Source: an uncultured Verrucomicrobiae bacterium (GTDB lineage: Bacteria; Verrucomicrobiota; Verrucomicrobiia; Limisphaerales; Palsa-1400). From it: a stretch of 64,000 bases of DNA. The stretch spans positions 1,984,001 to 2,048,000 of the forward strand of contig OY969763.1 in the NCBI GenBank assembly GCA_963702845.1. Direction: 5' to 3'. Made by a program: the position numbers and the translations under genes. Positions 1 to 7,798 of this stretch are shown in pieces. The notes under the pieces are model-generated. The model was given only the letters and a program-made list of their open reading frames with translations, did no database searches and was not told the origin of the DNA. The first letter of the stretch is position 1; every line of letters starts with the position of its first letter.

Positions 1-1696
1 CCGAGATGTGGTTCGTGGTCGGTTTGACCTTCAGCGCCTTTTCAGCCATTTGACGATTTAAGACAAACTGTCTTATTTGCTTCAGGTGCTTACCAACAAT
101 TTGTCTGTGCTCAAAATTTCTGAGCTCAGCTTCGCGGGTTTCGATCTCTTTCTGAGGATCAGCTTTGTTGAGTCCGTCCAACTGGGCTGTTAGCGCTTCG
201 ATAATCGGCTGTAGCTGCGGTGTTGGAACGGAACGCATGGGCACCGTTGTGACAGGCGACTTATCGGTAATCGACTTCAGTATTTGTGTTTGAAAGCCCT
301 TCGCGTTTGCAACGAACGAGGCGACAAGCTTCTGCTCGCTTTCGTGTTCTGCTTCCAAGAGCTGATAAACCGAGGAGTTTTCATCAAAGAAGCCGATGTC
401 GAGTTGCCCAATTTTCCGGTGAACGCCTTTCAACTGCTGCTCGCAGGACTGCATGTTCTGTTTAGAGTCGTCGTTGAGGAAATTCCAATACCTCTCGAAC
501 AACTTGATGGCGTTCTCTTGCAATTCTTGATGGCAAAGCAAGCAATGATCGCCTTGCTTAGGATAAATAGTCCGGTCTTCTTCGTGAGTCAGCGCGTGGG
601 CTTGGTGGATAAACTCTTGCCAGGAACCAGAGCCAATCTGTGGGAACAGTTCGTTTTTGAATGATGTCGCGCCCACGAGTTCCGATCGTGTTTTGGCAGC
701 GTTGAAGTCGTCGATCAGTTTCTGGATCTCTTTTCTGGATTGAGTCCCGAGCGTCTGAGCAAGCGCATTTATTTTGGTAACTGAGTTCTGTAGGTCGCGA
801 ATCGCTAAGGTTTTCTTTCGTACTTCGGCAGGGATGTTCAAGGAGCGGAATCTGGCGATCTCCTTTTTTAATCTGTCAATTTTTTGTTCGTCTGCCTCGG
901 TTAACTTTCCCAGCTTCTCCAACCCATCAAGGTCTGTTTTTGAACTCAGAGCAGCGATCTTGGCCCTAACGTCGGAATTTCCTGCGAACTTATCCGAAAA
1001 GTCGTTTTCTTGGTTCCAGTTATCGATGCTGCTTTGCACATAGGAACCAACCTGGTCGCATACTTCGGCTAAAGACGTAAGATATTCGAGCCCGAGCGGG
1101 GAAAACTTGAACTCGTTTTCTTGGGTTAGGTGCGCACTAATGCTTTTCGTGTCATGCACATAAAATTGCTGTAACATCGGATGGTCATCATCGACATTGA
1201 AAGGAAGCTTTACGGGTCCAGCTTTCGTTTTTAGATGAAAGACGGCTTGTTTGGCGGTTTTCGATGCCTTGGGATCGGTGATATTGTGAAGAATTTCTTT
1301 GTCGCCACGAGTGAAACACGCATTTCCAAATAACCTTCCGTATCCAGATTTTCCGGTGCCGTTCGCTCCATAAATGATAGTGAGATGATCGCTAAAATCT
1401 AATTGTTGGCCATCAATCAAAGCATTGATGTTTTGAGTGCCCGTTATGGATGCGAGAAAAATCTTCTCTGAAGTCTTTTTTCCTTCCAGGGTTACAGCTT
1501 TTTGCAGTCCTTCTAGCTTTATGCGCTCATTTTTATTCTTTGTCACACCCGCATCTTCAAGCAGGCATTCGCCCATATATTCTATATCCGTGGGCTCTAT
1601 TTGCTCCCCACGGATAATAAGGTCTAGGGCGTATTGTTCCCAATATGGAAGTTTTTTAGCTTTGACCCAATCCAGTAGTTCTTTTGTGACATTCAT
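1..1696 (-). CDS. Rad50/SMC-like (AAA_13/RloC-like) ABC ATPase with zinc hook; 3' end runs off the window; absent from the ORF track
   Basis: Manual translation from ATG at 1696: MNVTKELLDW...NINALIDGQQLDFSDHLTIIYGANGTGKSGYGR (Walker A). The same frame gives YPKQGDHCLLCHQEL (CxxC) at ~521-565. The track lists no terminated ORF in this frame, consistent with it staying open to the edge. Confidence 0.85.
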   Translation of the reverse strand, partial: MNVTKELLDWVKAKKLPYWEQYALDLIIRGEQIEPTDIEYMGECLLEDAGVTKNKNERIKLEGLQKAVTLEGKKTSEKIFLASITGTQNINALIDGQQLDFSDHLTIIYGANGTGKSGYGRLFGNACFTRGDKEILHNITDPKASKTAKQAVFHLKTKAGPVKLPFNVDDDHPMLQQFYVHDTKSISAHLTQENEFKFSPLGLEYLTSLAEVCDQVGSYVQSSIDNWNQENDFSDKFAGNSDVRAKIAALSSKTDLDGLEKLGKLTEADEQKIDRLKKEIARFRSLNIPAEVRKKTLAIRDLQNSVTKINALAQTLGTQSRKEIQKLIDDFNAAKTRSELVGATSFKNELFPQIGSGSWQEFIHQAHALTHEEDRTIYPKQGDHCLLCHQELQENAIKLFERYWNFLNDDSKQNMQSCEQQLKGVHRKIGQLDIGFFDENSSVYQLLEAEHESEQKLVASFVANAKGFQTQILKSITDKSPVTTVPMRSVPTPQLQPIIEALTAQLDGLNKADPQKEIETREAELRNFEHRQIVGKHLKQIRQFVLNRQMAEKALKVKPTTNHIS

Positions 1697-1795
1697 AATT
1701 ACAAAACGGACGGACCCGCCATCAATGAGAGGCTGCCAGTTTTAGTTTATTTTACAGTAAATAAGACTGAGTGCATATGGAGTGCGAACTCAATA

Positions 1796-1824
1796 TTGTA
1801 CAGCGTCTGTGCTTCTGGTAATGT
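1796..1824 (+). promoter_or_regulatory. sigma70-type promoter (TTGTAC-N17-TAATGT, extended -10 TG) for a leaderless HTH gene
   Basis: Same motif and spacing at 5389-5417 and 7359-7387, each ending 6 nt before the ATG. Confidence 0.65.
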
Positions 1825-1830
1825 TGCTGC

Positions 1831-2157
1831 ATGATCAATAGGGAGGCTCTAGACGAACTTAAGACGATCTGCGAGCGCATGGGGCACCTATGCGGGGATG
1901 AAGAAGCTCAAAGGATAGGTGAGCGAATTCTGAAGTTCATCATCAACTCAGAATATCTTCGGCCTCCGGAGTTGCTCTCGCTTGAGCAATCCGCTTTCGA
2001 TTTGATAAAAAATTCGAGCACCTCGCCTTCCATCCGAGCAATTACTGCCGCTATCGGACTGTCGTCTTCACGATCTGGATCTCGTGTTGTGCAAAGTCTG
2101 ATGCGGAAGCGACTCATTTGTCGCAATGCTGAGGGAAAGCTCACAGTCGCTCGATAG
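1831..2157 (+). CDS. LexA-type winged-HTH protein (no peptidase domain) with small N-terminal helical domain
   Basis: SPSIRAITAAIGLSSSRSGSRVVQSLMRKRLI resembles the LexA N-terminal DNA-binding domain; homologous to 5424 and 7394 ORFs. Confidence 0.75.
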   Translation: MINREALDELKTICERMGHLCGDEEAQRIGERILKFIINSEYLRPPELLSLEQSAFDLIKNSSTSPSIRAITAAIGLSSSRSGSRVVQSLMRKRLICRNAEGKLTVAR

Positions 2158-2199
2158 TTGCCGTAGTCGGCAAAGGGATGTGTCTTGTTACGAGACCCG

Positions 2200-2490
2200 T
2201 CAATTTGATAATGTGTTGTCACGCCCTTCACGCGAGATTCGACCAAATCTACCACCACGTTCACGTTTGCGTTTTGGAACGACGGAAGCGTTTCGATTGA
2301 ACGGATATCGGTTGAAAATATGAGAGTGTGGGTCGATCTTTTTCCATACCTTGTCTAATGCTGATTTTAGTGTTCTGGTTCTACCTTCGTCCACGTCCGG
2401 CACCAAGTTCACCATTCGCGAAATAAGCTCAGATACAGGCGCTAATCCCCGGAGGTTTGGCGGGCAGCAAAGCGCCGAATTTTGGTAACT
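2200..2490 (-). other. Degenerate recombinase-tail / cassette junction remnant
   Basis: Minus-strand frame contains LVPDVDEGRT (cf. CPPQRDRPRT); GCCGAATT at ~2474-2481 echoes the junction palindrome; same position relative to an HTH gene as the other tails. Confidence 0.4.
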
Positions 2491-2708
2491 TAATCCGTGC
2501 GGGGGGCGAAGCTCGCCATGAAAACAGTTCTGCGTAACTTCAAGTAAAACTTGACACAGCCATATCGTTCGCCGAGAGTCGCACTACTTTCCCAATCAGC
2601 ACGAATTGAATAATCCGGGGATTCACCGAAGCGAATTGTTCAAGTGGAATCGACGCACCCTAACAAACTGAATATTCTTTCACCGATCCAATAACGAGAG
2701 GCAGGTTT

Positions 2709-4018
2709 ATGGCACATCCTAAAAAATCGAACAAGGATCAAGAGGCGACAGGGAAAAACCCGGAAAAACGAAAAGCAGCAATTGAGATTAAGGAACAAAA
2801 ATCGCCGGCGGTACGTTCCCACATATTTAAAACGTTTAAAACAATACCAAAAATTTATCTGGATGCTATTAAGACCCTTTCAGTCGACACAAAAAAGTCC
2901 CGACGACTGTTTGCCCAACTCAATAAGCACAAGGCTTCTGGAATTGTAAGAAACGTAAAACCATTGGCTGACTCGGTGCTTATTCCTAGCGGAAAGGACA
3001 CAGATGTAGTTGTCAGCAAACTGGGTCCGCCGAAAAATATTAAAATTCACGACGGTGGCGGGGGGCGAATGCCAAATGCTCAAGTGTATCTGGTATTCTG
3101 GGGCGATAAGTGGGCCAACAATCCCCCTTCCAATCCCTCGCTACAGGATATTTACGCTGATATCTCTGCCATACTCGGGAGTTCGTATCTTTATTCCGCC
3201 TTTCAATATAAACTGGGATGGAATGCCGGCGGGGCATCGCTGTCCAATGCCTGGATAGATAAACGAGGGGTGCCCAGTTACGATTTCACCATGGTTGACG
3301 TTAACTATGAAGCATGGCTGATGATGACAAGTGGGCCAATCAGCCCTGATAGCGACACAATAGTTTGCGTAATTATGGAACCTGGGGCCTCGCCGTCGGA
3401 AGATTTGCGTGGAGAGCACCAATGGAGCATTCAGCCAGATTGTCAGCAAATTCCAACAATGTGGGTGAAATATGATACACGCGAACGTATGTCCTCCACC
3501 TTTTCGCATGAACTGGTGGAAACGGTGACGGATCCATTGGGGACGGGATACAGGCGGAGCCGACCGGCTATTTTGATTGGAATGAGATTGGCGATGTATG
3601 CGAAGGTTTTGACGGCACAGTGAATGGCGTCACTGTGCAGGCTTATTGGTCTGCGAAAGATAATTCCTGTGTGATTCCACGACCGGTACCTGTAAAAGCA
3701 TGGCAGATTACTTGCATTCAGAAACGTGGGAGTCATAGCAATCCGAACGAAAACATTAAAGTGGTAGCTGGAATTCACATTCCTTCCGGTCAGAAGTTTT
3801 GGATGAAACAGGAAGAAGTTATGGCAAGAATAGACAAAGGGGATCAATTCTTCGTTGCCGGGGCCGATGGAAGCCAAGCGCAAGTTAAAGTCTTTGTCCA
3901 CTTCCCGCCTTGGCAGCCGCAAGGCAGTCGTTACATTGCAACCGTAGCCGACGACAGTACGGACGATAATCTGCTTTCGCTGCCAGACTGCCTGCAGGCC
4001 GATTTGCGTAATGGATAA
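2709..4018 (+). CDS. Phi-1/EXORDIUM-like HExxE-motif protein fused to C-terminal DUF3892-like domain; split by a 1-bp frameshift near 3545
   Basis: VYLVFWG and SHELVETVTDP in the first ORF; the second frame gives IQAEPTGYFDWNEIGDVCEG..VNGVTVQAYWS directly after TDPLGTG; C-term ITCIQKR..YIATVADDSTDDNLLSLPDC matches the DUF3892 pattern. Confidence 0.65.
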
Positions 4019-4075
4019 GTGATAAACACATCGAAATTAGACGGTCGCGGGGGACGCGCTTGCCGTTTAAAACAT

Positions 4076-4363
4076 ATCGACGCCTCTTTGATTAATTCCT
4101 AACGGTGTCAGTATCTGAAGTCTCACCACAACTCATGGCCGTCGCTAAGTCGGGGAGTTTTCCCTGCATATTTAATGCTATAATAAGGCCAAGAATTTTC
4201 CTCCACGTTCGAGGTCTGTCACGTTGTGGGGGACACGATATGCCGAATTCGGCAAATGGAAGTGTCGGAATGCCCTCTACTGAGAGCTGATTTTAACAAT
4301 AAAAAGTCACGAGTAAACACCGTTTGTCAAAACCACCGGTAAACACCTGTTAGCAGGTAAACA
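4076..4363. repeat. Junction repeat copy 1: recombinase 3' tail (4092-4235) plus 128-bp conserved arm (4236-4363)
   Basis: Direct repeat of 5756-6040; tail part also matches 7742-7885. Confidence 0.95.
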
Positions 4364-4413
4364 GTCCTGCGTTATGTTTTGTTACAGCGACCGAATGTGG
4401 TACAACAATCCAT

Positions 4414-5373
4414 ATGACTAAGGTCACATTGGATACCAATTTATTGATTGAGCTTTTCGATCTCGGTATTGAGGGGAAAACAGTTCCGGCACTCGGAAAG
4501 ATTTTTAATCACTGTTTTGATTTTCAAAATATCGATCTCAAGATTACGACAAAAGTATCCGACGACTTGTTGGGGGATCGCATCAAGGAACGGGCCCAGG
4601 CATTAAAGCTGCGTATCGATAATTTGTTTTCCGTGCTCGGGGCAGGATACGTGTCCATCGATGATTTACCGAGCGATCCGATCGAAAAGCTCAACTTCAT
4701 TGAGCTTCAGCGAGTGCTTTTTCCAAATCTCATCACTACCGACAAGCGATATAAGAACAAGATCAACGATGTTCACCATCTCCATCGTCATATTCGCGCC
4801 GGCCGAGACGTCTTCATTACAAATGATTCCGACATGTTGAAAAAGAAGGACGCTTTAAAAACAGCGTTTAAAGTCGTGGTGATGAGTCCAGAGGAATGTG
4901 CAAAGTATCTCGATGTAATAACCGCGAAAGAAAGTTATCCTTTCGAGAAACACGTAGGTCGAGCCGACTATCATTCCCCGGCACTAAAAGGTACGGTGAC
5001 CTTTGATTTCACCAATAACGATCATAAGTATACGATTGGGACTGATGATTGGATTTTTGAAACTCGTTGGTCAGAGTGTAGCGACGACGAAATGTATGCC
5101 TACAACGACGCTCCATCGATCCTAGCATTGGCCGTTGCGGAGAATGTTTCGAAATTTAAGGACGTACATGATTTTGAAAGGTATGACTCAACATCTCGTG
5201 TTCGCCAACCTCGGAAGAATGTAGATATTCTCGTTCTGAAGAATTCGAAGGGATATTTTGCTGCGGTAAAGATCTGCAATATTGAGCTCAAACGCCGTGG
5301 GGGAAATAAGAATGAACTGACGTTTGAATACGTTATACAACCGAATGGGACATCATCATTCAAAGGTCTTTAA
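4414..5373 (+). CDS. PIN-domain ribonuclease-like protein fused to a beta-rich C-terminal domain (candidate anti-phage gene)
   Basis: N-terminal VTLDTN and NDVHHL..DVFITND acidic PIN motifs; separate C-terminal domain starting SPALKGTVTFDFTNND. Confidence 0.75.
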   Translation: MTKVTLDTNLLIELFDLGIEGKTVPALGKIFNHCFDFQNIDLKITTKVSDDLLGDRIKERAQALKLRIDNLFSVLGAGYVSIDDLPSDPIEKLNFIELQRVLFPNLITTDKRYKNKINDVHHLHRHIRAGRDVFITNDSDMLKKKDALKTAFKVVVMSPEECAKYLDVITAKESYPFEKHVGRADYHSPALKGTVTFDFTNNDHKYTIGTDDWIFETRWSECSDDEMYAYNDAPSILALAVAENVSKFKDVHDFERYDSTSRVRQPRKNVDILVLKNSKGYFAAVKICNIELKRRGGNKNELTFEYVIQPNGTSSFKGL

Positions 5374-5388
5374 TTGATAGTGCCAGGC

Positions 5389-6040
5389 TTGTACAAAATC
5401 CATTCATCTGGCAATGTGTGCCGATGGCGGATGAACTCAGTGAAGAACACAAGAAGGAGCTCGACCATGTCCTGGAAGCCGTTCAGCAATTCCTTTCTAC
5501 CGAAGAAGGCAGAGTAGTTTTTGATCGGCTTGAATCAATTTCAAACGGTATTCAGGCGCGGCAGGGGATAGTTGAACTCTCGTCGCACGAACGTCAGGCA
5601 CTACGATTCATTCAAACGGAACAAAGAAAGGGTTGTAATCCCTCTGTGCGGCAGATTTCGAAATCACTTGGATTTAGATCTTCTCGAACTGGCCACAAAA
5701 TTCTGAAATCATTGCGGACGAAAGGAGTTATTCCTGAACCTGCCGCCGACGTCAAATCGACGCCTCTTTGATTAATTCCAAACAGTGTCAGAATCTTCTG
5801 TGTCACCGTTCATAGCACGCTCAAGGTTGGGCAACTTGCCTTGGCGGTTTAATGCTATAATCAGGCCAAGAATCTCCTCACAGGTTCGAGGTGTGTCACG
5901 TTGTGGGGGACACGATATGCCGAATTCGGCAAATGGAAGTGTCGGAAAGCCCCCTACTGAGAGCTGATTTTGACAATAAAAAGTCACGAGTAAACACCGT
6001 TTGTCAAAACCACCGGTAAACACCTGGAGATAGGTAAACA
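5389..6040. repeat. Junction repeat copy 2: HTH promoter, HTH gene, recombinase tail (5772-5912) and arm (5913-6040)
   Basis: 5389-5912 is a direct repeat of 7359-7885; 5913-6040 matches 4236-4363 at 120/128 positions (manual count). Confidence 0.95.
5424..5771 (+). CDS. LexA-type winged-HTH regulator lacking peptidase domain
   Basis: LSSHERQALRFIQ..NPSVRQISKSLGFRSSRTGHKILKSLRTKGVI aligns with the LexA DNA-binding domain; ATG 6 nt after a -10 box. Confidence 0.85.
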   Translation: MADELSEEHKKELDHVLEAVQQFLSTEEGRVVFDRLESISNGIQARQGIVELSSHERQALRFIQTEQRKGCNPSVRQISKSLGFRSSRTGHKILKSLRTKGVIPEPAADVKSTPL

Positions 6041-6098
6041 CTTCACCAGAATAATCGGCTTACATTGAAAACTACGGTTGATGTGAGATAATCCGTCC

Positions 6099-7346
6099 AT
6101 GTTAGGTCAACCGTCAATTTCTGATTATTATCGCCAACTCGAACAAGAAGTTCGCAGTGATGTTATGCGCGAAACAGAAGAACAAATCTTAGGAACGGAT
6201 CCGGAGGAGTTAGCCCAGTATATTTTTGAGAAATATGCACTGTCACCTATAGAGCTAGATGCTGACCGTGAACCATCGTGGGATCCGCAAAATTACTTAA
6301 AGACGATTTCCGCTCAACAACGCGGTAATTTTTATGGGAGCAGTGGAGATCTCCGAGATTTTCCATGTCAGAAAGTTGCGGTTGAAGTCCCAATATTGCC
6401 AAATCCAAAGCTGCATCTCATTTCTCAAATGCATGGAGCGTCGTATTCATTGAGTTACTCGCTCAGTGACTTTCATTGGGGACAGGATTCCGTTTCGATG
6501 TCATTTCCAACGAAAGACTATCAATACCAAATGGATGATGCCGCAATAGCACATACAGTTGAGAATCAATTGCGGACAATCCACGAAACGATTAGTTCCC
6601 GTAACCAGGCTATTGAGCAGGGCAACAAACAATTGCTGACACAAACGAAATTTTATGTTCAGCAGCGTCGAGGAGAAATTGAGCAAAATAAACAGAAGCT
6701 CGAGGCTCTTACCAAGACCATCGGCGTTTCTTTAAAGAAGAAGGTTCCTGCGGGTGCACATCCTGTTCGTATTTCCCATACTCCACTTGTTCAAAGAGTA
6801 AAACCAAAACCAACGTTACCCGAGCAATATGTCCTAGATGAGAACAAAATCGATGATGTCATAAATTTGCTCGATAATCAGGCCCGTAGCTTCGAACAGA
6901 CTCCCGGCGCGTTCAAAGCATTAGGTGAAGAAGATCTCCGAGATATATTACTGTCGAATTTGAATTCCGTATTTGAAGGCGCCGCGACAGGGGAAACCTT
7001 TTCAAAAAAAGGGAAGACGGATATTTATCTGAAAATTGCGAAGGGTCAGATACTCATATGTGAATGCAAATTGTGGGCAGGTCGTTCTCTTTACGAAAAA
7101 ACTATTGATCAATTGCGAGGTTATCTGACGTGGCGGCATAACTACGGAATTATGATTACCTTTGTTCGTAATAAGGATTTTTCAAAGGTGTTACAAGAAA
7201 CCGAAAACGCGATTCAAGAACACCCATCATATCTGAATGGATTAAGGAAGATTGGAGAGACACATTTTGTATCTAATCACAAAGTTGATGACGATACGAA
7301 GGAAGTGAAGATTCACCATCTTTTTTATCACCTATATTCGAGTTAG
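6099..7346 (+). CDS. Coiled-coil protein with C-terminal PD-(D/E)XK restriction-endonuclease-like domain (candidate anti-phage gene)
   Basis: EEDLRD...GETFSKKGKTDIYL...ICECKLW gives E...D...ExK spacing; own promoter-like TTGAAA-N16-GATAAT 6 nt before ATG. Confidence 0.75.
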   Translation: MLGQPSISDYYRQLEQEVRSDVMRETEEQILGTDPEELAQYIFEKYALSPIELDADREPSWDPQNYLKTISAQQRGNFYGSSGDLRDFPCQKVAVEVPILPNPKLHLISQMHGASYSLSYSLSDFHWGQDSVSMSFPTKDYQYQMDDAAIAHTVENQLRTIHETISSRNQAIEQGNKQLLTQTKFYVQQRRGEIEQNKQKLEALTKTIGVSLKKKVPAGAHPVRISHTPLVQRVKPKPTLPEQYVLDENKIDDVINLLDNQARSFEQTPGAFKALGEEDLRDILLSNLNSVFEGAATGETFSKKGKTDIYLKIAKGQILICECKLWAGRSLYEKTIDQLRGYLTWRHNYGIMITFVRNKDFSKVLQETENAIQEHPSYLNGLRKIGETHFVSNHKVDDDTKEVKIHHLFYHLYSS

Positions 7347-7393
7347 ACATCAGTAGATTTGTACAAAATGCCTTAATCTGGCAATGTGTGCGG

Positions 7394-7798
7394 ATGACAC
7401 AAGAACTCAGCGACGAGCAAAAGAGGGAGCTTGATCACATTCTTGAAACTGTTCAGCAATTTCTTGCTACTGAAGAGGGAAAGGAAGCCTTCGATCGCCT
7501 TGAATCAATTTCAAACAGTATTCAGGCGCGACAGGGGATAGTTGAGCTCTCGTCGCACGAACGTCAGGCACTACGATTCATTCAAACGGAACAAGGAAAG
7601 GGCCGTAATCCTTCTGTGCGGCAGATTTCGAAATCACTTGGATTCAGATCTTCTCGAACTGGGCACAAAATCTTGAAATCATTACGGACGAAAGGAGTTA
7701 TTCCTAAACTTGCCACTGAAGGCAAATCGACGCCTCTTTTATTAATTCCAAACGGTGTCAGAATCAGAATTCTCACCACAACCCATGGCCGTCGCTAA
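7394..7798 (+). CDS. LexA-type winged-HTH regulator (paralogue of 5424-5771)
   Basis: Near-identical HTH; TGA stop of the other copy is TTA here, so it reads into the convergent recombinase tail. Confidence 0.85.
   Translation: MTQELSDEQKRELDHILETVQQFLATEEGKEAFDRLESISNSIQARQGIVELSSHERQALRFIQTEQGKGRNPSVRQISKSLGFRSSRTGHKILKSLRTKGVIPKLATEGKSTPLLLIPNGVRIRILTTTHGRR

Noticed and set aside
284..1745. Plus-strand ORFs 284-664, 774-1043, 1437-1745
   Set aside because: Shadow frames of the minus-strand ATPase gene.
4105..6041. ORFs 4105-4290, 5785-5967 and 5772-6041 as independent genes
   Set aside because: They span the junction repeats; only the minus-strand tail portion has a coding rationale.
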